From the NCBI RefSeq assembly GCF_000009605.1, contig NC_002528.1, positions 608,682 through 640,681 on the forward strand: a DNA stretch of 32,000 bases, given 5' to 3'. Below the pieces are notes generated by a model. It saw only the letters and a list, made by a program, of their open reading frames with translations, did no database searches and had not been told where the DNA came from. Position 1 is the stretch's first letter; every line of letters starts with the position of its first letter. Positions 1 to 8,510 of this stretch are shown here, in pieces. The translations under genes were made by a program, and so were the position numbers. Source of the stretch: Buchnera aphidicola str. APS (Acyrthosiphon pisum). Lineage in GTDB: Bacteria > Pseudomonadota > Gammaproteobacteria > Enterobacterales > Enterobacteriaceae.

Positions 1-527
1 AAATGATTCTTATATGGACGTAATGCTTCAGTAACCATATATGGTCCTAAATCAGATCCACCAATTCCAATATTTACAACATTAGAAATAGATTTTCCCG
101 TATAACCTTTCCATTCTCCATGAATAACCATTTTTGAAAAATTTTTCATTTTTTCCAACAACGCATTAACTTCTAACATAATATTACAATTATTTAATAT
201 GATAGGACGATTAGTTCGATTTCGTAGTGCTATATGTAAAACAGAACGATTCTCTGTTTTATTAATTTTAGCTCCAGAAAACATTAATTTTATTCCAGAT
301 TTTACATCAGTCTCTTTAGCTAGATTTAATAAATAAATTAAAGTTTCATCAGTAATTCGATTTTTTGAAAAATCAATTAACATTTCATTTTCAAAAATTA
401 TTGAAAATTTTTTAAATCGATTCAAATCAGATGCAAATAGATCCCTTAAGTGAATATTTTTTATTTTTCTAAAATGATTTTTTAAATCTTGATAAGATTG
501 AGTGTTATTAAAATTGATGTTTTTCAT
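1..527 (-). CDS. pgi: glucose-6-phosphate isomerase, N-terminal ~175 codons; the 3' end runs off the window
   Basis: My translation of the minus strand from ATG at 527..525 gives [36 protein letters not shown]...[10 protein letters not shown]...[39 protein letters not shown]. This is colinear with the E. coli Pgi N-terminus. It is absent from the ORF track because it is truncated. Confidence 0.9.
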   Translation of the reverse strand, partial: MKNINFNNTQSYQDLKNHFRKIKNIHLRDLFASDLNRFKKFSIIFENEMLIDFSKNRITDETLIYLLNLAKETDVKSGIKLMFSGAKINKTENRSVLHIALRNRTNRPIILNNCNIMLEVNALLEKMKNFSKMVIHGEWKGYTGKSISNVVNIGIGGSDLGPYMVTEALRPYKNH

Positions 528-840
528 TAACGAATTTATCTCTCGTAAAATGTATAAAAAATTTTCTTATAAAGAAATTGTTATATATCTAAAAAATAAA
601 AATATATTTTTAAATATTTTAAAAATTTAAAATTATTTTATTTTTAATGTGTATATAAAATATTTTAAATTTTTCTAGAATAATATATTCTAATCAAAAA
701 ATTTTTATATATAATTAACATATATAATATAGAAATTAAATAAAAAAAATCATTAATTAATAATTAAAAAAATTCTATTTTTATCTTATTAAAATCAAGT
801 TTAATGTTAATAAAAAAATATTTAATAATTATGAAAAAAT

Positions 841-1395
841 ATGAAAATCAATAAAAAAAATTTAATCTGGATAGATTTAGAAATGACTGGACTGAATCCT
901 AAAGTACATCGTATTATTGAAATTGCTACTTTAATAACAGATACTAATTTAAATATAATTGCAGAGGGTCCGGTAATTCCTATATATCAGAAGAAGGAAC
1001 ATATTTTAGTCATGGATGAATGGAATAAGAGAATCCATGAAAACAATGGATTGATAAAACGTGTTGAAAAAAGTCTTTATAACGAACAAAAAGCCGAACA
1101 TGAAACTATTCTTTTTTTAAAAAAATGGGTACCCATTCAAGTGTCTCCAATGTGTGGAAACAGTATTGCGCAAGATAGAAGGTTTTTATTTCAATATATG
1201 CCACATTTAGAAAATTATTTTCATTATCGGTATATAGATGTTAGTACGATTAAAGAATTAGCTTATCGATGGAACCCATCAATACTAGATAAGTTTAAAA
1301 AAAATCATTATCATAAAGCATTAGAAGATATCCGTGAATCTGTAGTAGAATTGAATTTTTATAAAAAAAACTTTTTAAAATTTAAGAAAAAATAA
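841..1395 (+). CDS. orn: oligoribonuclease
   Basis: 184 aa. [12 protein letters not shown]...[11 protein letters not shown]...[17 protein letters not shown]...[16 protein letters not shown]...DIRESV aligns along the full length with E. coli Orn, including the DEDDh motifs. Confidence 0.93.
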   Translation: MKINKKNLIWIDLEMTGLNPKVHRIIEIATLITDTNLNIIAEGPVIPIYQKKEHILVMDEWNKRIHENNGLIKRVEKSLYNEQKAEHETILFLKKWVPIQVSPMCGNSIAQDRRFLFQYMPHLENYFHYRYIDVSTIKELAYRWNPSILDKFKKNHYHKALEDIRESVVELNFYKKNFLKFKKK

Positions 1396-1482
1396 TTTTT
1401 TACAAAAGAAAACTTGAAAAATTTATTTTATATATATAAAATAAATTTATAGTATAAAAAACTATTATATATATTTATTATT

Positions 1483-1558
1483 GCGGGAATAGCTCAGTTG
1501 GTAGAGCACAACCTTGCCAAGGTTGGGGTCGCGAGTTCAAGTCTCGTTTCCCGCTCCA
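1483..1558 (+). tRNA. tRNA-Gly (anticodon GCC), CCA encoded
   Basis: GCGGGAATAGCTCAGTTGGTAGAGCACAACCTTGCCAAGGTTGGGGTCGCGAGTTCAAGTCTCGTTTCCCGCTCCA. It folds as a cloverleaf with acceptor GCGGGAA/TTCCCGC and anticodon loop TTGCCAA. Confidence 0.95.
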
Positions 1559-1610
1559 ATCATATTATCCAAAAATATTGTTTAAAAATAATTGATATAA
1601 AGGAAAATTT

Positions 1611-1745
1611 ATGATTTTTAATTCCTGCAAATGGATAATATTTTTTATATTTTTAATTTCATTTCACATCAAAGCTAATAGTATTTTCGTTAAAAAAAAT
1701 AATCCCAAAAAAATACAAAATTTTTTTTTAATACCGACTATTTAA
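1611..1745 (+). other. amiB: detached 5' segment of amiB: a 44-codon ORF encoding a Sec-type signal peptide, out of frame with the amidase domain
   Basis: AGGAAA Shine-Dalgarno at 1601..1606 sits 5 nt before ATG 1611. Translation is MIFNSCKWIIFFIFLISFHIKANSIFVKKNNPKKIQNFFLIPTI*: a basic residue, a hydrophobic core and an A-x-A-like IKA|NS site. It overlaps the stop-free upstream extension (1703..1846) of the amidase frame. Confidence 0.55.
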
Positions 1746-1846
1746 AAAAAAGTAATAAAATATTATATCAGAAAAAAAAATTTTTTAAAAAAAATAATTT
1801 TTATTATAAAAAAGAACTGTCTGAAAATCAAAAAAATAATAATATA

Positions 1847-2560
1847 TTGTCAAAAAAAATTACGATATTAATAGATGCAGGACATGGCGGATATGATCCA
1901 GGAGCTATTGGAATTCGAGGATTAAAAGAAAAAAATATTAATATCGAAATAGCACTAAAACTTGAAAAATTACTCAATCATGACAAGATGTTTTGTACAA
2001 TCCTCACACGACACAATGATTCTTATCTTTCATTGAAAAAAAGAAAGCAGTTACTTAAAAAAAACCAGGTGAATTTTTTAATATCAATTCATGCTGATTC
2101 TTCCAGAAAACAAAATGTATCCGGAGCATCTATTTGGATAGTTTCAAAGACTAGAATAAATCGTGAAATTAATAATTATTTAAAAAACAAATCCACTCTT
2201 CTTTTTTCTAAAAAAATTGAAAACATATTTAAGCAAAATAAAAACGATTTTTTTTTAAAAAAAACTATTCTAGATTTACAATCTAATAATTTTCAAAAAA
2301 TAGAGTTAGATCTATCTAAAGAAATACTAAAACAACTTGAAAAAAATACAAAATTAAATAAAAAATATCCAAATTATGCTAGTCTAGGCATATTAAGCTC
2401 TATTAACACACCTTCCATATTAATAGAAACCGGTTTTATTACAAATATTTTAGAAGGGAAAAAATTAAAAACTACTAATTACCAAAACAAAATTGCTAAT
2501 TCTATTTATCTAGGTCTCAAAAATTATTTTACAAAATCGTCTTATATATTAAAAAAATAA
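1847..2560 (+). CDS. amiB: N-acetylmuramoyl-L-alanine amidase catalytic domain (Amidase_3). As called it has a TTG start and no signal peptide. Probably part of a frameshifted amiB spanning 1611..2560.
   Basis: ITILIDAGHGGYDPGAIG...KEKNINIEIALKL...NFLISIHADS...GASIWIVS...ASLGILSSINTPSILIETGFITN...IANSIYLGLKNYF matches the E. coli AmiB C-terminal domain (IIIAIDAGHGGQDPGAIG...FLVSIHADA...VLVETGFISN). The frame has no stop back to 1703 but no ATG or GTG there. Confidence 0.85.
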   Translation: MSKKITILIDAGHGGYDPGAIGIRGLKEKNINIEIALKLEKLLNHDKMFCTILTRHNDSYLSLKKRKQLLKKNQVNFLISIHADSSRKQNVSGASIWIVSKTRINREINNYLKNKSTLLFSKKIENIFKQNKNDFFLKKTILDLQSNNFQKIELDLSKEILKQLEKNTKLNKKYPNYASLGILSSINTPSILIETGFITNILEGKKLKTTNYQNKIANSIYLGLKNYFTKSSYILKK

Positions 2561-2592
2561 AAGTTTTTTAAAAAATATTAATTGTATTATTA

Positions 2593-2630
2593 TTAAGCAT
2601 CTAAACATATCAGAAAATCAAGATGCTTAA
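2593..2630. terminator. hairpin between convergent amiB and rpmE: 10-bp perfect stem TTAAGCATCT/AGATGCTTAA with an 18-nt loop
   Basis: Inverted repeat read directly at 2593..2602 and 2621..2630. It lies in the 107-bp gap between two convergent stop codons. There is no clean U-tract on either side. Confidence 0.4.
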
Positions 2631-2667
2631 ATCTTAAAAAAATCAATTAAAAAATACAAGATAGTTT

Positions 2668-2886
2668 TTAATTTAATTCTTGCTTAGTAAACTTAAAGCG
2701 TTTTTTAAATCTTTCAACACGACCTCCAGTATCAATGACTCTTTGTTTACCTGTATAGAATGGATGACATTTTGCACATATATCTAAATTTAGATTGTGA
2801 TTGATAGTAGAAAAAATTTCAATTATATTTCCACAAGAGCAAGTAGCTGTTATCTTGGAATAACGAGGGTGAATTTTTTTTTTCAT
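2668..2886 (-). CDS. rpmE: 50S ribosomal protein L31
   Basis: 72 aa. [20 protein letters not shown]...[28 protein letters not shown] carries the Zn-ribbon CxC...CxxC L31 signature. Confidence 0.95.
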   Translation of the reverse strand: MKKKIHPRYSKITATCSCGNIIEIFSTINHNLNLDICAKCHPFYTGKQRVIDTGGRVERFKKRFKFTKQELN

Positions 2887-2997
2887 AAAAGTATTCTCAA
2901 ATTAATTTAGAGTATCTACATTCGGATACAACTATTAATATATGAATATTAGAAAATTATCAATTTTTATTTATAAAAAAAGACATGAAGAAAATAT

Positions 2998-3255
2998 ATG
3001 TATAATGATAAATATAAAATCAATTCTGCGTATTTTAATAAAAAAACAAAAAAAATAAAAAAAAAAAATAAATTAACATGTATATGTTTTATTTTAATGT
3101 CTACATTAATTTTTATTGTTTATTTAAATATAAACTTAAAAAAACCTTCTGAAATAAAAGATAAAAATTTTATAAAAAAAAGCAAAAATAATGATGTATT
3201 ACCTCCTAAACCAAAAGAAAAATGGAAATATATTGAAAAATTAGAAAATTCATAA
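2998..3255 (+). CDS. ftsN: truncated FtsN-like cell-division protein with a basic cytoplasmic tail, one TM helix and the essential-domain peptide; no linker or SPOR domain
   Basis: It occupies the ftsN position immediately upstream of hslVU, as in E. coli. N-terminal MYNDKYK plus the basic run KKTKKIKKKNK resemble E. coli MAQRDYVRR...RRKKSTSRKKQR. The TM helix is LTCICFILMSTLIFIVYLNI. C-terminal LPPKPKEKWKYIEKLENS* aligns with E. coli FtsN 75-92 LPPKPEERWRYIKELESR, 11 of 18 identical. Confidence 0.65.
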   Translation: MYNDKYKINSAYFNKKTKKIKKKNKLTCICFILMSTLIFIVYLNINLKKPSEIKDKNFIKKSKNNDVLPPKPKEKWKYIEKLENS

Positions 3256-3473
3256 AACATATTTTTAAAAAATTTATTAGGTTTAATGAGTAACATTTTA
3301 TATGATGAAATAAATTATTTGAAAAAGTATTGAGAAAAATATTTTAAAAAAATAATATAAGTAAAAATCATATGCTATTTTAATAAAATAGATAATTACA
3401 TCTTATATAAAGTATTTTTGTATTAGCAAGAATATATAAGAAACAAAAATATTATTTTAAAGAGGCTTTTCTT

Positions 3474-4004
3474 GTGACCACAATATTAAGTGTGAGATTA
3501 AAAAATAAAGTAGTAATTGGAGGTGATGGACAAGCAACTTTAGGCAATACAATCATGAAAAGTAATGTAAAAAAAATTAGATCTTTATATCACGAAAAAG
3601 TTATTGCTGGTTTTGCAGGAGGAACTGCAGATGCATTTACTTTATTTGAAATGTTTGACAAAAAATTAGCTATGTATCAAGGCCAATTACAACGAGCAGC
3701 TATTGAATTAGCAAAAGATTGGCGATCTGATAGAATGTTAAGAAAACTCGAAGCATTATTAGCAGTTGCTGACAAAAAAACCTCCTTGATTATTACAGGA
3801 AACGGCGATGTTATACAACCTGAAGACGACTTAATAGCTATAGGATCAGGTGGTTCTTATGCTCAATCTTCTGCTCGAGCATTAATAGAAAACACGCATT
3901 TAGACGCAAATCAAATTGTAAGAAAATCATTAAATATTGCAGCTAATATTTGTATATATACAAATCATAATTTCACTATAAAAGAACTATTTTCAGAAAA
4001 ATAA
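3474..4004 (+). CDS. hslV: ATP-dependent protease subunit HslV (GTG start)
   Basis: [36 protein letters not shown]...[17 protein letters not shown]...[15 protein letters not shown] is near-identical in pattern to E. coli HslV. AGAGG lies 9 nt upstream of GTG 3474. Confidence 0.95.
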   Translation: MTTILSVRLKNKVVIGGDGQATLGNTIMKSNVKKIRSLYHEKVIAGFAGGTADAFTLFEMFDKKLAMYQGQLQRAAIELAKDWRSDRMLRKLEALLAVADKKTSLIITGNGDVIQPEDDLIAIGSGGSYAQSSARALIENTHLDANQIVRKSLNIAANICIYTNHNFTIKELFSEK

Positions 4005-4016
4005 GGATTATTCTCT

Positions 4017-5348
4017 ATGTCTGAAATGACTCCTCCTCAAATTGTTTCTGAACTCGACAAATTCATTATTGGTCAAGAAAAAGCAAAAAGAGCCGTGTCT
4101 ATTGCATTAAGAAATCGTTGGCGTCGTATGCAGTTAAACAGTGAACTTCGTTATGAAGTGACCCCTAAAAATATTTTAATGATTGGTCCTACAGGAGTAG
4201 GTAAAACAGAAATAGCAAGACGTTTAGCTAAACTAGCAGATTCTCCATTTATTAAAGTAGAAGCAACTAAATTTACGGAAGTAGGATATGTTGGGAAAGA
4301 AGTAGACTCAATTATTCGTGATTTAACTGATGCTGCAATCAAAATGATTCGAATTAAAAATATTAAAAAAAATAAAGTTCGAGTAGAAGAAATAGTAGAG
4401 GAAAAAATATTAGATGTTCTTGTGCCTACACCTAAAAAAAACTGGACAGAAAGTGAAAAAAATGAAAGTCTTGCAAAAACAATTCAAACATTTCGAAAAA
4501 AATTGCGAGAGGGTGTTTTAGACGAGAAAGAAATAGAAATAAACATATTATCAACTACTATGGGTGTTGAAATAATGGCACCACCAGGTATGGAAGAATT
4601 GACTAATCAATTACAATCTTTATTTCAAAATTTAGGAGGACATAAAAAAAGTAGTAGACGTCTTAAAATTAAAGATGCTATTGTATTGCTAACAGAAGAA
4701 GAGGCTGCTAAATTAATTAACCAAGAAGAGATTAAAAAAGAAGCAATTAATGCAGTTGAACAAAACGGCATAGTTTTTATTGATGAAATTGATAAAATAT
4801 GCAGACGAGGTGATTCTTCAGGTCCAGATATCTCTCGAGAAGGTGTTCAAAGAGACCTACTCCCATTAGTTGAAGGATGTACTGTATCTACTAAACATGG
4901 AATGGTTAAAACAGATCATATTTTATTTATAGCATCTGGAGCATTTCAAACATCTACGCCTTCTGATTTAATTCCTGAACTACAAGGACGTCTTCCAATA
5001 AAAGTAGAATTGCAAGCACTTACCATCGATGATTTTGAAAAAATCTTAACTGAACCTACAGCATCTATTACAGCACAGTATAAAGCACTTATGGAAACAG
5101 AAGGTGTTTATATTAATTTTACAAAGGAAGGGATACGTAATATTGCAGAAGCTGCTTGGAAAGTTAATGAATCTATAGAAAATATTGGAGCTCGTCGATT
5201 ACATACTGTATTAGAAAAATTAATGGAAGATATATCATTCAATGCTAGCGATAATAAAGGTAATACGATTGAAATCAATTCAAACTATGTAGAAGAACAT
5301 TTAGATCAATTAACATCTAATGAAGATCTTGGTCGTTTTATTTTATAA
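4017..5348 (+). CDS. hslU: ATP-dependent protease ATPase subunit HslU
   Basis: 443 aa. [37 protein letters not shown] is followed by Walker [17 protein letters not shown] and then [10 protein letters not shown]...[10 protein letters not shown]. Confidence 0.97.
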
Positions 5349-5360
5349 TTTTTATTCAAA

Positions 5361-5407
5361 ATATTTATCCATTATTATTTTTTATTAAAATGGATGAATA
5401 TTTTTTT
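5361..5407 (+). terminator. rho-independent terminator candidate after hslU
   Basis: 13-bp stem ATATTTATCCATT (5361..5373) pairs with AATGGATGAATAT (5389..5401), with one G-U pair and a 15-nt loop. It runs into T7 at 5401..5407, 13 nt after the hslU stop. Confidence 0.5.
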
Positions 5408-5438
5408 AAAAAATATTTAAATTAATTCTCAAATTACT

Positions 5439-5467
5439 ATTGAAAAAAAAAAATAAGACCTTACCTT
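5439..5467 (+). promoter_or_regulatory. candidate sigma-32 (heat-shock) promoter of ibpA with a homopolymeric A11 spacer
   Basis: aTTGAAA at 5439..5445 resembles the sigma-32 -35 consensus CTTGAAA. The A run spans 5443..5453. The only C-rich patch in the intergenic region, CCTTACCTT at 5459..5467, lies 14 nt after TTGAA, where CCCCATNT is expected. The -10 match is degenerate. Confidence 0.4.
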
Positions 5468-5554
5468 AAAATAAAACATTTTTAATTTTTTATAACGTAA
5501 AAAATATTTAAATTATAAATATTTTTCAAACCATAAAATATTAGAGGATTTTTT

Positions 5555-6028
5555 ATGTCTTATCGTTCTCTCTCATTTATACCAAATTTTAATGATCATA
5601 ATGTTTTTTCAAATAGATTCAATCAAATTGATAAAATGTTTAGTACTCTTACAGGAGAAAAACCAATATCTGATACACCGACATATAATCTATGTCAAAT
5701 AAATGAAATTGAATATCAATTAACACTAAGTATTCCTGGATACCAGGAAAAAGAATTAGATATATCTGTTCACAATAACCAATTATCTATTCAAGGAAAA
5801 AAAGAAAATAGTGATACTCAAGAATGTAATAAATGGTTACATAAAGGTATAGTGTTTAATAATTTTTCTTTGAATTTTAATTTAGACCATAAAATTAAAG
5901 TAAAAAAAGCAGAGTTATCTTTAGGTCTATTGAAATTAGATTTTGAATGCAATATCCCGGAAGAGGAAAAACCTAAAAAAATTTCTATTAATGTACCTAA
6001 TGATACTAAAAAAATTGATAAAAAATAA
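5555..6028 (+). CDS. ibpA: small heat-shock protein IbpA (alpha-crystallin family)
   Basis: 157 aa. The N-terminus RFNQIDKMFSTLTGE and alpha-crystallin core YNLCQINEIEYQLTLSIPGYQEKELDISVHNNQLSIQGKK...WLHKGI resemble E. coli IbpA. AGAGGA lies 7 nt upstream of the ATG. Confidence 0.92.
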   Translation: MSYRSLSFIPNFNDHNVFSNRFNQIDKMFSTLTGEKPISDTPTYNLCQINEIEYQLTLSIPGYQEKELDISVHNNQLSIQGKKENSDTQECNKWLHKGIVFNNFSLNFNLDHKIKVKKAELSLGLLKLDFECNIPEEEKPKKISINVPNDTKKIDKK

Positions 6029-6045
6029 AATTAAAAAAATATAAA

Positions 6046-6077
6046 ATCACTGCGCTTATAAAAATAAGCACAGTGAT
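6046..6077 (+). terminator. hairpin after ibpA
   Basis: ATCACTGCGCTTAT (6046..6059), loop AAAA, ATAAGCACAGTGAT (6064..6077). 13 of 14 positions pair and the stem is unusually GC-containing for this genome. It lies 18 nt after the ibpA stop, with no strong U-tract. Confidence 0.5.
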
Positions 6078-6104
6078 CTAACTAAAAATTATTGAGAATA
6101 AATA

Positions 6105-6863
6105 ATGAATCCATGGATTAATGCAGACGTTTTGATGGTAAAAAAATGGACTAAAAATTTATTCAGTCTTATTTTAAATGCTCCTATAGAACCTTTTTTT
6201 GCAGGACAATTTAATAAATTAGCTCTATATAACAGTAATCCTTTAAATAAAAATAAAATTCAGAGGGCATACTCATATGTTAACGCTCCTAGTGAAAAAA
6301 ACTTAGAAATTTATATTGTTCGTGTGCTCAATGGACAACTAAGCAATCTACTATATAATCTTCATAGTGGCGATAAAATTTTTATCAAAAAAAAATCATT
6401 TGGTTTTTTTATTATAGATGAAATACCAGATTGCGAAATACTATGGATGTTCGCTACAGGCACTGGAATAGGTCCCTATTGTTCAATTTTACAAGAAGGA
6501 AAAAATATTAATAGATTTAATCATATTATTTTAACACATGCAGTACGATATCAAAATGAACTAACTTATTTACCACTCATGAAAGAATTACGTCAGAAAT
6601 ATAATGGAAAATTACAAATTCAAACTATTACTAGTAGAGAAAAACATAAAAATTCTTTAAATGGAAGAATTCCTTTTTTATTAAGAAATAAAATATTAGA
6701 AAAACATGTTGGTTTTTCAATAAACCCTCAGACTTCACATGTTATGTTATGTGGAAATCCTTTTATGGTAAAAGATACGTTTTTATTTTTAAAAAATAAT
6801 AGAAATATGGAAAAGCATTTACGTCGAAAAAAAGGACATATTACCATGGAAAATTATTGGTAA
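6105..6863 (+). CDS. fpr: ferredoxin/flavodoxin-NADP+ reductase
   Basis: 252 aa. [11 protein letters not shown]...[10 protein letters not shown]...RAYSYVNAP...[13 protein letters not shown]...[14 protein letters not shown]...[15 protein letters not shown] is colinear with E. coli Fpr to the C-terminal HYW. Confidence 0.95.
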
Positions 6864-6880
6864 AATACCTTTTCTAAATT

Positions 6881-7855
6881 CTAACAACGATCTACCGGAA
6901 AAGCGATAACTTCATGAATACTTTTTTTATTCAAAATTAACATAATTAATCTATCTAAACCTATTGCTACACCTGAACAAGGAGGTAAGCCATAAGACAA
7001 AGCACTTAAAAAAAAATTATCGATTTTTCGTGTTGGAAGATTCATGGAACGACGTTCTTTATTATCTCTAATAAAACGTTTTTTTTGTTCATTTACATCT
7101 ATAAGTTCGTAAAAGCCATTTCCTAATTCTATTCCTTTAAAAAAAATTTCAAATCTTTCAGATATACGAGGATCTTTTAAGTTAATAGCAGCAAGAGACG
7201 CTTGTTCTGCAGGAAAATGATAAACAAATAAAGGTTTTTCTTTTCCTATATTAGGTTCTATTTTTAGCGTAAATAACAATTGTATCAATTTATTTAAATT
7301 ATTTTCAGAATGAGTTAAATGGTCTAATTTTAATTTTTTAGATATTTGATGCAATTCTAATAAATTAGTACATAAGGGATCTATTTTTAAAAAATCTATA
7401 AATAAATCTTGATAAGAAACTTTATCTGATTTATTACATTTTAATATAATTTGAAGGAATATATCTATTTCTTTAATAAATTTTTTCATCGAACAAAAAG
7501 GTTGATACCATTCTAACATAGTAAATTCTGGATTATGATAACGACCTATTTCTTTATTCCTAAAACTATGACAAATTTGATATATAGATCCGCTTTCTGA
7601 TGCTAATAAACGCTTCATATGATATTCTGGACTAGTTGTCAACCATAATTTTAACTCATCAATATTATCTGATGAAATATAATTTGTTTCAAATGATGTT
7701 AAATGTACATCTGTAACTGTTGAACGTGATAAAATTGGTGTTTCAACTTCAAGTATATTTTTTTTAGAAAAAAATAAACGAATATTAGAAATAATATTTG
7801 ATCTTTTGATTAAATCCTCGATGGAAGCGCTTGATTTCCAGATTTTTTTTTTCAT
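6881..7855 (-). CDS. epmA: EF-P lysine-34 lysyltransferase (PoxA/GenX/YjeA)
   Basis: [29 protein letters not shown]...LEVETPILS...[11 protein letters not shown]...[23 protein letters not shown]...[12 protein letters not shown] matches E. coli EpmA (325 aa). I chose ATG at 7855. The track's start at 7957 adds 34 non-homologous residues and overlaps the coaD start. Confidence 0.93.
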   Translation of the reverse strand: MKKKIWKSSASIEDLIKRSNIISNIRLFFSKKNILEVETPILSRSTVTDVHLTSFETNYISSDNIDELKLWLTTSPEYHMKRLLASESGSIYQICHSFRNKEIGRYHNPEFTMLEWYQPFCSMKKFIKEIDIFLQIILKCNKSDKVSYQDLFIDFLKIDPLCTNLLELHQISKKLKLDHLTHSENNLNKLIQLLFTLKIEPNIGKEKPLFVYHFPAEQASLAAINLKDPRISERFEIFFKGIELGNGFYELIDVNEQKKRFIRDNKERRSMNLPTRKIDNFFLSALSYGLPPCSGVAIGLDRLIMLILNKKSIHEVIAFPVDRC

Positions 7856-7926
7856 TTTAATTTTCTTTAAAAATTTATTCGAATTGATAAAATTAATTAC
7901 TAGTAGAACAAAAAAAAATAAAAAAT

Positions 7927-8424
7927 ATGAACAAAACCGCAATATATCCAGGTACATTTGATCCGATTACATACGGACATTTAGATATTATAACACGTGC
8001 AACAAAAATATTTGATAGTATAACTATCGCAATTTCTAATAATTTTACAAAAAAACCCATTTTTAATTTAAAAGAACGAATAGAATTAACTCGAAAAGTT
8101 ACACTTCATTTAAAAAATGTAAAAAAAATACTTGGTTTTAACGATTTACTTGCTAATTTAGCAAAAAAAGAGAAGGCTAATATTTTAATTAGAGGAGTCA
8201 GAACAATATTTGATTTTGATTATGAAATAAAATTAGCGGCTATAAATAAACAAATTTATCCAGATTTAGATAGTATATTTTTACTTTCTTCTAAAGAAGT
8301 TTCTTTTATATCTTCATCTTTTGTTAAAGAAATAGCAAAATATAAAGGCGATATAAAACCGTATCTTCCAAAAGAAGCCCATTCTGCATTATTAAGAAAA
8401 CTAAATAACGATTCGATTAAGTAG
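7927..8424 (+). CDS. coaD: phosphopantetheine adenylyltransferase
   Basis: 165 aa. [22 protein letters not shown]...[15 protein letters not shown]...[15 protein letters not shown] shows the T/HxGH nucleotidyltransferase motif and CoaD pattern. Confidence 0.95.
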   Translation: MNKTAIYPGTFDPITYGHLDIITRATKIFDSITIAISNNFTKKPIFNLKERIELTRKVTLHLKNVKKILGFNDLLANLAKKEKANILIRGVRTIFDFDYEIKLAAINKQIYPDLDSIFLLSSKEVSFISSSFVKEIAKYKGDIKPYLPKEAHSALLRKLNNDSIK

Positions 8425-8441
8425 TGATTTTTTTATCAAAT

Positions 8442-8478
8442 ATAGTAGGGTATGTTATATACCCTACTATTTATTTTT
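8442..8478 (+). terminator. rho-independent terminator after coaD
   Basis: Perfect 12-bp stem ATAGTAGGGTAT (8442..8453) pairs with ATACCCTACTAT (8459..8470) around a 5-nt loop, followed by TTATTTTT. It lies 18 nt after the coaD stop. Confidence 0.7.
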
Positions 8479-8510
8479 AACATTATATGTCTATTTCAAA
8501 TATATAATAT

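Noticed and set aside
540-840. 300-bp extremely AT-rich pgi/orn divergent intergenic region, scanned for repeats, small ORFs or RNA genes, including the palindrome TAGAATA-ATA-TATTCTA near 687..703
   Set aside because: It contains only low-complexity A/T repeats and a 7-bp palindrome of no distinguishable significance. There are no GC-containing structured segments suggestive of an ncRNA.
3256-3473. Search for a sigma-32 promoter upstream of hslVU
   Set aside because: TTGAAA-like hexamers occur, for example near 3318..3324, but no C-rich CCCCAT-like -10 lies at the right spacing. TTGAAA alone is expected by chance in this composition.
4151-4342. 63-aa ORF antisense to hslU
   Set aside because: It lies entirely inside the strongly conserved hslU CDS on the opposite strand, with no RBS or homology. 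It is a shadow ORF of a relatively GC-richer region.
5468-5554. Possible ROSE-like RNA thermometer in the ibpA 5' leader
   Set aside because: I found no U(U/C)GCU-type anti-SD segment or stable hairpin able to pair with the AGAGGA Shine-Dalgarno. The leader is almost pure A/T.
7856-7957. Upstream extensions of track ORFs: epmA to 7957, dapF to 14729, ilvD to 24827, hemD to 16268, yfgM to 31817
   Set aside because: The extra N-terminal residues have no counterpart in E. coli homologues. Several use TTG. Better ATG starts with Shine-Dalgarno motifs exist at 7855, 14666, 24812 and 16274. The yfgM start remains ambiguous.
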